NCBI GenBank assembly: GCA_965369865.1
Contig: CBDURU010000045.1
Location: forward strand, 1-24,859
DNA from: an uncultured bacterium
GTDB lineage: Bacteria; JAJVIF01; JAPKYR01
Direction of reading: 5' to 3'
DNA: 24,859 nucleotides
The translations under genes were made by a program, and so were the position numbers. The notes beneath the pieces are model-generated. The model made no database searches and was not told the origin of the DNA. It was given only the letters and a program-made list of their open reading frames with translations. Within the stretch, counting starts at the first letter, position 1, and the number at the start of each line of letters is the position of its first letter. This document shows, in pieces, positions 8,524-16,542 of the stretch.

Positions 8524-10110
8524 ATGCATCATAACTACCTTGAGATTTTCCTGTTCCTGGTTATTGTAGTACTCGTGGCGAAAGCCGCCGGATGGGCATC
8601 GACCAAATTGGGGCAACCTGCCGTACTTGGCGAGATCCTGGCCGGGTTGCTGCTCGGCCCTACCCTCATAGGAATCGCAAGCCTTCCGATTTTCCCTGAA
8701 TCAAGTCATGAAATTCATGGTTTCCAGGAGCAGAGAGCGGTTATTGATGAAGTCGTCGAAGCACATGAAGCAAGGGGCGATGAGATAACAGCCGAGGAAG
8801 TTGTCGAGACTATTATCCATGAATCCCGCGAAGCGATCATAAATGTCCCTGAACTCAGAGATAACGCGAGCGGCCAGAGTCCGGAAATCATCGCTGCCAT
8901 GGCTGAAAATTCGCTGGAAGGCGTACTTCATGACCGGAAAAGTTTCCTTGAAAATACTATCAAACTCATGGCTGAACTCGGGGTATTGTTCCTGATGTTC
9001 ATGGCGGGACTGGAAACCGACCTGAAAATGATGAAACGGGTTGGGAAAGTTGCGTTATTTGCGGCTGTAGGCGGTCTCGCGGCACCGTTTATTCTTGGAT
9101 TCGGTGCGACAATGTTGCTCAGGCCTGTCGAGGAAAACCTTATCTTCGTCGCGATTTTCGCCGGTACAATCTTAACTGCCACCAGCGTTAGCATATCGGC
9201 ACAGACCCTTAAAGAACTCGGGGTGTTAAAGAGCAAGGAAGGGACCACAATTCTGGGTGCCGCGGTAATTGACGACATCCTTGGGATCATTCTGCTTTCA
9301 TTGGTAATTGCTTTCAATCCCAACAAGGGCGGTGGAGCGGGTGTTGCCCATCCGAAGATGTACGATATCCTGACGAGCTGGACTGTCGGAGGAATGGGAC
9401 TCGAGGGCAATGCCGCGGAAATTGTAGGGATCGTCGTTTTGATAATCAGCATGGCACTGTTCTTTTTCATCTTTTATTTCTTCGGGGCAATTTTCTTTGC
9501 AAGGATTCTTTCCTGGGCGGAAAGGCTGCCGGTATCGGAACCCAAGCTGGCGTTCGCGATCGGACTCGGACTTTTCTTCGCCTGGGCTGCCGAATATATT
9601 GGGGCTGTAGCCGCAATAACCGGTACCTACCTGGCAGGCGTGCTGATCGGCCAGACATCCCACCGCCACGAGGTCGAGACAAAGCTTGGTATACTGACAT
9701 ACAGTTTCTTCGTCCCGATTTTCTTTATCAACATAGGGCTTGAGGCCGACGCGAAAACGCTCGGCGGGGATATGCTCCCCTACACCATCTGGATCTGTGC
9801 GATGGCGGTAATCGGAAAAGTTGGCGGATCGCTGGTCGGCGCGAAAATAGGCGGTTTTTCATTCAAGGAAGCTTTGAGGGTCGGTACCGGGATGATCAGC
9901 CGTGGCGAGGTCGGGTTGATAGTCGCGTCGGTGGGATTATCGGCAAGTATTATCTCCAAGGATATATTCTCGGTAATGATTATCATGGTCCTTGTGACCA
10001 CACTGGTAACGCCGATACTCCTTAAATTCCTGTTCCCGCCGCAACCTGAATCAGATGGACCTGGACAGGTCGGGGAAGATCCCCCGGAAAACTTGCACGA
10101 CCAGGTTTGA
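8524..10110 (+). CDS. CPA2-family cation:proton antiporter (NapA/GerN-like)
   Basis: GQPAVLGEILAG, LMFMAGLETD, ATSVSIS, AAVIDD, PIFFINIG, IGKVGG, GMISRGEV; multiple TM helices. ATG 8524 preferred to TTG 8473 (GGAGG upstream). Confidence 0.93.
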   Translation: MHHNYLEIFLFLVIVVLVAKAAGWASTKLGQPAVLGEILAGLLLGPTLIGIASLPIFPESSHEIHGFQEQRAVIDEVVEAHEARGDEITAEEVVETIIHESREAIINVPELRDNASGQSPEIIAAMAENSLEGVLHDRKSFLENTIKLMAELGVLFLMFMAGLETDLKMMKRVGKVALFAAVGGLAAPFILGFGATMLLRPVEENLIFVAIFAGTILTATSVSISAQTLKELGVLKSKEGTTILGAAVIDDILGIILLSLVIAFNPNKGGGAGVAHPKMYDILTSWTVGGMGLEGNAAEIVGIVVLIISMALFFFIFYFFGAIFFARILSWAERLPVSEPKLAFAIGLGLFFAWAAEYIGAVAAITGTYLAGVLIGQTSHRHEVETKLGILTYSFFVPIFFINIGLEADAKTLGGDMLPYTIWICAMAVIGKVGGSLVGAKIGGFSFKEALRVGTGMISRGEVGLIVASVGLSASIISKDIFSVMIIMVLVTTLVTPILLKFLFPPQPESDGPGQVGEDPPENLHDQV

Positions 10111-10186
10111 TTTTGAATCAATTGCTGGAATTTCAGGTCAATAAGATAACTTGTCACATACTGAAAACTAATCGCGAGGGAGACCC

Positions 10187-10549
10187 ATGCACCTACTAGT
10201 AATAATCCTTGATAAGAGCAGCGATCTGGAGAATTTAGTACATAAATTTCGGGATATCGGGGTCACCGGTCTCACGATTTTCGATTCGATAGGCATCGGG
10301 AAAACCTCCCTTTATGGCGAGGGCCTCCCGATAATAGCCAGCCTGTCCAGGATTTTCGATTCGGATTCGAGAACCTACAACCATACGGTGTTTTCAGTCA
10401 TCAGGAAAGATGAAACCCTGGAACAGGCCATTCAGGTTGCAGGGGAAGTCTGCGGCGACTTCTTGAAGCCGGATGTGGGAATCCTCTTCACGATTAAACT
10501 TGACAGGGTGATTGGTTTCGGAACTCTGGACGATTATAATAAAAAATAG
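10187..10549 (+). CDS. PII-like (GlnB-fold) signal transduction protein
   Basis: 120 aa; GVTGLTIFDSIGIG and GILFTIKLDRVIG match the PII-superfamily pattern; canonical GlnB T-loop signature absent; GAGGGAG RBS. Confidence 0.75.
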   Translation: MHLLVIILDKSSDLENLVHKFRDIGVTGLTIFDSIGIGKTSLYGEGLPIIASLSRIFDSDSRTYNHTVFSVIRKDETLEQAIQVAGEVCGDFLKPDVGILFTIKLDRVIGFGTLDDYNKK

Positions 10550-10553
10550 CGCT

Positions 10554-10811
10554 ATGTGTGCAAATGGGAAATCGCAGAACCCCGGTCAAAGATCGCCAAA
10601 AAAGGAACCAGGAGATATCGCGAAATACGCTGCCTTATCCTCCACTCCAACTATGCTGATCGTTTACCCACTCGTTGGTTTCGGGCTTGGATATCTGACT
10701 GTACATTACTGGAACTGGTCAATTATGGTCCCGGTCGTCACTATGATCCTGGGGCTGGTTCAGGGAATTCGAGAGGTATTAAAGATTGGCAGCAAAATCG
10801 ACAAGATGTGA
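10554..10811 (+). CDS. atpZ: AtpZ/AtpI-family 2-TM accessory protein (ATPase gene 1)
   Basis: Two TM segments, PLVGFGLGY...ILGLVQGIREV; first gene of the atp cluster; ATG 10554 lies 4 bp after the PII-like stop. Confidence 0.8.
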   Translation: MCANGKSQNPGQRSPKKEPGDIAKYAALSSTPTMLIVYPLVGFGLGYLTVHYWNWSIMVPVVTMILGLVQGIREVLKIGSKIDKM

Positions 10812-10890
10812 ATTTCCCACTATTACCTTAATCATACACGGCAATGTATTCCAAATTGGCAATCTTTTTTGCTTTCATCACACTGGAGGA

Positions 10891-10919
10891 TTGACTTCAA
10901 GTCTGTGCTGTGGCATTCT
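10891..10919 (+). promoter_or_regulatory. Possible internal promoter upstream of atpI
   Basis: TTGACT, 17 bp, extended -10 TGgCATTCT in the 164-bp gap. Confidence 0.4.
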
Positions 10920-10975
10920 CCACTTCTTAAGCGGTTGTACCGTGTATTTTTTAGGTGTTTTAACAATCTACCAGA

Positions 10976-11413
10976 TTGGAATTTAATCAATTAACACCAC
11001 AGGATAGGGAGACGCTGGTGGAAGAAGTCAAATCCGGTTTCACCAAACATTTATATCCTGTTATCGCCGTGCTGACGATAGTTACAGCAGCTTTCGCCAT
11101 GGCGGTATATGGATCCGGTCTCGCTGTCGGTATCCTGGCCGGAGGGGCATTCGCGATTATAAATATGACCCTGATCGGCTCTCTGATCCGGGCTACCTTA
11201 GCCGATGTCAGGGTAACGAGGGATATTATCCTGATCTTCCTGCTTAAATTCCCGTTAATCTACGGCATCCTGGTATTTATGCTCTCCAGGCAACTGATCG
11301 ACGCGGCAGGTTTTGCGATCGGTTTCACTTTGCTGCCTGTCGGACTTCTCGTGTCTATTTATATTATGAACCGGAATACCGCCGGATCGGCAGGGGGGAA
11401 CGAGAAACTTTGA
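10976..11413 (+). CDS. atpI: ATP synthase protein I (4-TM)
   Basis: Four hydrophobic helices, G..AGG..AIIN, LLKFPLI, GFAIGF; overlaps atpB start. TTG start uncertain. Confidence 0.78.
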   Translation: MEFNQLTPQDRETLVEEVKSGFTKHLYPVIAVLTIVTAAFAMAVYGSGLAVGILAGGAFAIINMTLIGSLIRATLADVRVTRDIILIFLLKFPLIYGILVFMLSRQLIDAAGFAIGFTLLPVGLLVSIYIMNRNTAGSAGGNEKL

Positions 11414-12231
11414 TGTTCTTCCTATGGCAACAGGCCCCGGAAATCGCTGAAGTAGCCGAAGCTGCGGAAAACGGCGGTGGCCATGAAGGTGGAGCACCGC
11501 ATTTAATCAACGTTGTAGCCGTATTGTTACAGAAATATGCCCCGGAGTGGTCGGGTTGGGTCAATATTATTTACTCCGGCATAATCATGGCCCTGGTTGT
11601 CCTGTTTTTCTGGACAGTTGCCAGGAATCTCGATAAAAATCCCGGACGCAGGCAAAATTTCGTGGAGATGTTGTTTGGCTGGCTCGAAGGCTTTGTTACC
11701 GACCTTCTTGGCAGCAGGGGGAGGAAGTATATCCCCCTGGTTGGTTCACTTTTCATTTACATACTTTTTATGAACTTATTCGGACTGGTGCCGTATATTG
11801 GCCATTCCCCATCCGCAAACTTAAACATCACATTATCCCTTGCCCTTTTTGTTTTTCTTACTGTGCAGTTACATGGGATACGTGATCTGGGAATGGTCGG
11901 CTACCTTGCTCATTTTGCGGATCTTCCGACCCACCGCAGGCCGAACGTGATTGAAATTTGCCTGTCGCCGTTGATGCTTGTTCTGCATTTAATTGGTGAA
12001 CTGGCGAAACCGATGAGCCTTTCACTCAGGCTCTTTGGAAATATCACCGGTGAAGATACCCTGATTGCTATCTTCGTTGTCCTGTTGATTTCTACTACTT
12101 ATACCTGGTTCCTGCCTTTACACTTTTTCATGTATCCGATCGTTCTATTGGGAAGTTTTATCCAGGCACTGGTATTCGCGTTATTGACAACCGTTTATCT
12201 GATGCAGATGAGCCATCATGAAGAGCATTGA
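11410..12231 (+). CDS. atpB: F0 subunit a
   Basis: PGRRQNFVE, NLFGLVP, SPSANLN, KPMSLSLRLFGN (essential Arg), IQALVFALLT. Confidence 0.97.
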   Translation: MMFFLWQQAPEIAEVAEAAENGGGHEGGAPHLINVVAVLLQKYAPEWSGWVNIIYSGIIMALVVLFFWTVARNLDKNPGRRQNFVEMLFGWLEGFVTDLLGSRGRKYIPLVGSLFIYILFMNLFGLVPYIGHSPSANLNITLSLALFVFLTVQLHGIRDLGMVGYLAHFADLPTHRRPNVIEICLSPLMLVLHLIGELAKPMSLSLRLFGNITGEDTLIAIFVVLLISTTYTWFLPLHFFMYPIVLLGSFIQALVFALLTTVYLMQMSHHEEH

Positions 12232-12292
12232 CACCCGTTATACGGGGAAAATAATATACAATCCAGACTTATGTCAAGGAGGAAATAATTAA

Positions 12293-12547
12293 ATGGATCT
12301 CAGTTTATTTGGCCTGGCTCTTCCATTAGCTTTGGGACTCGCCGCGATAGGTAGCGGCCTCGGCCTTGGAATGGCTGTCAAAGGCGCAATGGAAGCCATT
12401 GGACGGCAACCGGAGGCATCCGGCAAAATCCAGACAGCCATGATCATCGGCTGCGCACTCATTGAAGCCCTCACGATCTACGCACTGGTTACATTCTTCG
12501 TTGGCCAGGGACTTCTGCAGAGCGCATTAGACGCTGCAGGTCATTAA
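12293..12547 (+). CDS. atpE: F0 subunit c
   Basis: GxGxGxG helix, RQPE loop, IEALTIY carboxylate; AAGGAGG RBS. Confidence 0.98.
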   Translation: MDLSLFGLALPLALGLAAIGSGLGLGMAVKGAMEAIGRQPEASGKIQTAMIIGCALIEALTIYALVTFFVGQGLLQSALDAAGH

Positions 12548-12613
12548 TTGAAAGCGACAGGGAATTCCCGGGTCCCTGGGTATTCATGTCAACCTGTCGG
12601 AAGGTGAAAACCT

Positions 12614-13108
12614 ATGGATGCATTAGGCCTTGAAGCAAAACAGATTATTACCAATTTCATTGGTTTTGGCCTGTTTCTATGGCTGATGAGCAAATTTGCC
12701 TGGAAACCCATACTCGATTTTATGGACAAACGCCGCGAGGAGATCGCGGGTAACTTCAAGAAAATCGAGCAGGAGAAAAGCGACCTCGATAAAATCCGGC
12801 AGGAGTACGAAGGTAAGATCGCGGATATCGACACAGAGGGGACCCGCAGGGTCAACGAAGCGATCAAATCCGGCCAGGACGCTGCCAGGCAGATCGAGGA
12901 GGAAGCCCGTGCCCGCGCGCAGACGATCCTCGCAAAAGCCAGGCAGGATACTTTACGCATCACCGAGGAAGCACGGCTCGGGTTAAAAGACTTCGTGATC
13001 GATATCGGTGTCGAATCCGGGAAGAAAGCCGCAATGGAAGTGCTCGATGAAACCTCGCACCGTAAACTTGTCGAGCGATTCGTAGAGGAGCTGACGCATG
13101 TTCGCTAA
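12614..13108 (+). CDS. atpF: F0 subunit b
   Basis: N-terminal TM, KFAWKPI...KRREEI, long coiled coil; position after atpE. Confidence 0.95.
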   Translation: MDALGLEAKQIITNFIGFGLFLWLMSKFAWKPILDFMDKRREEIAGNFKKIEQEKSDLDKIRQEYEGKIADIDTEGTRRVNEAIKSGQDAARQIEEEARARAQTILAKARQDTLRITEEARLGLKDFVIDIGVESGKKAAMEVLDETSHRKLVERFVEELTHVR

Positions 13109-13688
13109 TATCATAGCGGCCAGGTACGCCAGGGCGGTCATGCAGAGCTGCCCCGATCTCGCCACGATCGAGCGGGTTGAGGATGAACTTGTGCTTCTCA
13201 GGAAAACATATGAGCAGCATCCTGAAATACGTGCCTTTCTTATCAATCCAAAGATGCCGCCCCAAGTTAAAAAGCAGGTCCTCAGGGATTCTCTTACCGA
13301 TAAATTCAGCGACATCGTCCTGAGGCTCCTCGATCTCCTGATCGATAAAAGAAGGCAGGATATCCTGCCCCAGATCGCTGACAGGTTCGATGTGCTCACC
13401 GACCAGGCAAGGGGAATCGAGCACGCGGATATAATTGTTGCAACCCCGATTTCTCCCGATCTCGCTGAACTTTTGAAGGGTGCTATTCAGAAGTTCTCAG
13501 GCCGTCAGGTTGAAACCGAAATCAAGGTTGATGAATCGATTATTGGCGGTGTCCAGATTAAACTCGGCGACAAGGTAATCGATGGTAGCCTGAAAAGGCG
13601 GTTCGATGACTTGCGCAGGGCTATGCTCGCAGCCCGTCTTCCCAGGTTCGATCTGACTATGAATTCCGGTGGAGTACCGGAAAATTAA
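13098..13688 (+). CDS. atpH: F1 subunit delta
   Basis: AARYARA, FLINP, VDESIIGG...GDKVIDGSL. Confidence 0.96.
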   Translation: MFANIIAARYARAVMQSCPDLATIERVEDELVLLRKTYEQHPEIRAFLINPKMPPQVKKQVLRDSLTDKFSDIVLRLLDLLIDKRRQDILPQIADRFDVLTDQARGIEHADIIVATPISPDLAELLKGAIQKFSGRQVETEIKVDESIIGGVQIKLGDKVIDGSLKRRFDDLRRAMLAARLPRFDLTMNSGGVPEN

Positions 13689-13847
13689 TGGTCCAGGATG
13701 ATTGAGGGTATAAGATGTAAATATACGCGCGTTAGCTAGGTGCGCAGCCCGAATACTCACGGCCCGGATATCCATTAAGAAATTGTTCCATAAACCTTTA
13801 ATTTCTGTTATCCTTTAAGCGGAAGTGCTGATCTACAGAATCAGAAG

Positions 13848-13856
13848 TGGTATAGT
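13848..13856 (+). promoter_or_regulatory. Possible extended -10 promoter of the inserted AT-rich module
   Basis: TGgTATAGT 50 bp upstream of ATG 13907; no good -35. Confidence 0.4.
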
Positions 13857-13906
13857 AATGCATTCAATTAACTAGGGTAGCTGTCCACTTTATAACAAAC
13901 ACTATT

Positions 13907-15127
13907 ATGAGAGTATGTCTTGTTTCATGTTCGAAGCATAAGAGTCAACAGACTTGTTCTGCAAGTCAACTGTATAACTCTACTCTTTTCAGGGCATCAA
14001 AAACATTCGCCATAAATTGTTGCGATGATTGGCGCATTTTATCTGCCTTGCATGGTTTAGTCCATCCCGATACTGACCTTTGCCCTTATGATAAGGAATT
14101 ATCAGATCAAAATCCAGTTGAACGAAGTGTGTGGACTAATATGGTTTTGAATGAACTCACATCGCAATTTAAGGCAGGTTCGATAATCACATTCCTTGCT
14201 GGAGAGAAATACGTAAAGCCCTTGTATAAACCTCTCCTTCAACACGGCTACAAATTGTCAACTCCGCTCAAAGGCAAAAGCATTGGAAAGCGAGTTCAAT
14301 GGCTTAATCATGCCAATAAATCGAATATATGTCTTAAGCACCTTGATCGGCTGTATGATCTCCTAAACCGAGTGATTACTCACAATGGTGCAACTATAAA
14401 AACCCTTGAGCAGTATCTTTCGGAAAAACATACGTTTAAACGTGGTGTCTACTTCTTTTATAATCCTAACGAAACAAGAGCAACTCACCTAAACCAAGCA
14501 AGAATTGTAAGGGTAGGCACACATGCAGTTAGTAGGGGTTCTAAATCTACAATCCTTGATCGTCTAAGACAGCACAGGGGAACCTTAGTTGGTTTGGGCA
14601 ATCACCGTGGTTCGATATTTCGCCTACATGTAGGCAGATCAATTCTTAATCAAAATCCTAATCAGAGAGATTTTCTAAACTGGGGGAAAGGACAAAACGC
14701 TTCAAAACAAATAAGGGATTCTGAGGCAGATTTAGAAAAGCAAGTATCCGAGCACATTGGCAAACTTTTCATTATCGGAGTTGAGGTTGACGATGATCCT
14801 GGCCCTGCTAGTGATAGGGCATTTATCGAAAGAAATGCAATAGGTTTATTGTCTAAAGCAGCGCAATATTTTGATTCTCCATCCGAACGTTGGCTCGGAC
14901 AGTTCAGTGATCGTAATGAAATCCGTGATAGTGGTTTATGGAATATTAATCATGTGGGCTTTACTTACGATCCAGAATTTCTCAATATCTTAGAAATCTA
15001 TGTCAATTCTACCAATGGTGAGATTGATAAACCCTTTCAATCAGTAGCCCCAGTTGGCTGGCATAAGTATGCCAAACTTCCTACCAATGCAAATCAAATT
15101 ATTCTTTTTCAGGAAGGTGATGCATGA
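13907..15127 (+). CDS. DUF6884-like N-terminal domain fused to a GIY-YIG-like nuclease domain
   Basis: N-term LVSCSKHK...A.QLY.S.LF...W.ILSA.HGL..P....PYD..L...LAG..Y...PL.G..IG (DUF6884 pattern); C-term RGVYFF...RIVRVG...DRLRQH...SIFR..VG...IERNAI (GIY-YIG-like). AT-rich, unlike the flanking atp genes. Confidence 0.75.
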   Translation: MRVCLVSCSKHKSQQTCSASQLYNSTLFRASKTFAINCCDDWRILSALHGLVHPDTDLCPYDKELSDQNPVERSVWTNMVLNELTSQFKAGSIITFLAGEKYVKPLYKPLLQHGYKLSTPLKGKSIGKRVQWLNHANKSNICLKHLDRLYDLLNRVITHNGATIKTLEQYLSEKHTFKRGVYFFYNPNETRATHLNQARIVRVGTHAVSRGSKSTILDRLRQHRGTLVGLGNHRGSIFRLHVGRSILNQNPNQRDFLNWGKGQNASKQIRDSEADLEKQVSEHIGKLFIIGVEVDDDPGPASDRAFIERNAIGLLSKAAQYFDSPSERWLGQFSDRNEIRDSGLWNINHVGFTYDPEFLNILEIYVNSTNGEIDKPFQSVAPVGWHKYAKLPTNANQIILFQEGDA

Positions 15128-15480
15128 TGACTTATTCTATGGCAATGGTGGAGCTAGTGTCCGAATATAATCGAGCTGTAGTGCATATGTGGAGAGCAAA
15201 ACATGATGGCACTTTTGGATTGGTGCTTGGATCGGGGTTTAGTGAAGAGTTTGGGTTACCTTTATGGCAGAAATTAATCAATGAAATTGCTAAGGATCCA
15301 CAAATTAATGGTGCTGACCTTGACGTTGATAAAGAAACACCACACAAGTCCCGCAGCGATTTACTTTTTCAGCATTTTAAAGAGCAGCATTATGATTCAT
15401 GTAACAAATTGCCCACACAACCAAACAGGATACAGAGAGAAGCTAAAAGTGGAATACGATTGCTGGAGAGACCTGTTAAC
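15124..15480 (+). pseudogene. Truncated SIR2-like (sirtuin/NADase) gene, N-terminal ~119 codons
   Basis: ATGA overlap with the upstream gene; GLVLGSGFSEEFGLPLWQKLINEI matches the SIR2-like start (hhhGAGxS...GLPxW..L); later motifs (T.NYD, K.HG) absent. Confidence 0.7.
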
Positions 15481-15640
15481 ATGAGGAATATAATTACATT
15501 TACAAGAATCATCGCCTTCACGGGGACATGCCATTTTTCTCCAGTGATAAACCTGACTTTACCATTGCATATCAAGGGAAAAATGCCTTGTCCCCGAAGT
15601 TTGAGAAATATAATTACATTTACAGGAATTATCGCCTTCA
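15481..15640 (+). repeat. 40-bp direct repeats (15481-15520 and 15601-15640) flanking an 80-bp element
   Basis: ATGAGGAATATAATTACATTTACAAGAATCATCGCCTTCA vs TTGAGAAATATAATTACATTTACAGGAATTATCGCCTTCA (36/40), offset exactly 120 bp. Confidence 0.95.
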
Positions 15641-16443
15641 GCCTTTTAATTGGCGGTATCTCACATGCCGATGAAAGGATCGACTTGATTTATGAAGGAA
15701 AAAAACTGGTGAATTCACCCGGTTCCAGCTTTATTCTTGAAGCATCATGGGAAACAGCCGATCCTTTCGGTGAATTCGACTCATCGCTTGGAGCCGCCGC
15801 GGCATTGAACAGGGCGCTCGGCCTGGTATTCACGGGGCACGCTTCTCATTCACAAATCGAGATGCAGCAACGTATGGCACTGGAACCCGGTAATTCCTCT
15901 TACAAGATGGCGCCATTCGCGCTGGAGGTGCTTGATGTCCTCCAGACCGACTGGGAGGAATCCTTCCCTGAGCCGGTCGAGCTTAAACCTTTCGACCTGC
16001 AGCCATCCGAAATACCGGAATTACTGGCCGGTGACCCAAACATTTTAGCACTGAGGTACTTCGATGAGGAATATCTCGAGCGTCTGCTCCAGAGGCTTTA
16101 TTTCAAGCTGATACAGGGGCCTGTACTGCTTACCGTACCCTACCAGGCGGACGCTCCTAATGTCCCGGATGAGTACAAAGACTGGAATAATTTCCGTTAC
16201 GATAACAACACTGACACCATGATATGGGATGATACGCGTTACGTCTGGATCGACTGGGACCTTACGCAAACAGTGGTTCTGATGTACGAGGACGGCCGGA
16301 TCGCATGCTATGATTCAGGCAGGAAGTATTATATCGACCACACCGCCGCAATTACGGCTGCCGGAGCCATGCTCGCCCATCCTGATTATGATGAGCTTCC
16401 CGAGGGGACTTCCCTGAGTTTCGTACTTGCCATCGTTGAATAA
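15481..16443 (+). CDS. Secreted hypothetical protein (in frame with the SIR2 remnant; start region duplicated)
   Basis: ATG 15481 or TTG 15601; signal peptide RNIITFTGIIAFSLLIGGISHA|DE; host-like GC downstream of about 15650. Confidence 0.7.
   Translation: MRNIITFTRIIAFTGTCHFSPVINLTLPLHIKGKMPCPRSLRNIITFTGIIAFSLLIGGISHADERIDLIYEGKKLVNSPGSSFILEASWETADPFGEFDSSLGAAAALNRALGLVFTGHASHSQIEMQQRMALEPGNSSYKMAPFALEVLDVLQTDWEESFPEPVELKPFDLQPSEIPELLAGDPNILALRYFDEEYLERLLQRLYFKLIQGPVLLTVPYQADAPNVPDEYKDWNNFRYDNNTDTMIWDDTRYVWIDWDLTQTVVLMYEDGRIACYDSGRKYYIDHTAAITAAGAMLAHPDYDELPEGTSLSFVLAIVE
15521..15600. mobile_element. MITE/REPIN-like palindromic element, copy A
   Basis: Terminal inverted arms CGGGGACATGCCATTTTTC / GAAAAATGCCTTGTCCCCG (17/19); 77/80 identical to 23808-23887. 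Confidence 0.85.
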
Positions 16444-16542
16444 TCGTTTTAATTATAAATCCGGATACTGACTGAAATAAATTTACAGGCAATCAGGCAT
16501 TAAGACATAAATACACCGATGATCGGAAGGATTGGATAGATT

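Noticed and set aside
12228..12257. Internal promoter for atpE
   Set aside because: TTGACA overlaps the atpB stop codon and the -10 candidates are weak; may be coincidental.
13690..15480. Integron cassette or prophage/IS origin for the AT-rich insert
   Set aside because: GCGTTAGC near 13730 and GTTAAC near 15475 resemble attC cores, but I found no matching RYYYAAC arm or hairpin, and no integrase, transposase or end repeats.
15124..16443. Single genuine 439-aa gene
   Set aside because: Composition shift, internal repeat element and internal signal peptide indicate a mosaic; annotated as a SIR2 remnant plus a separate gene.
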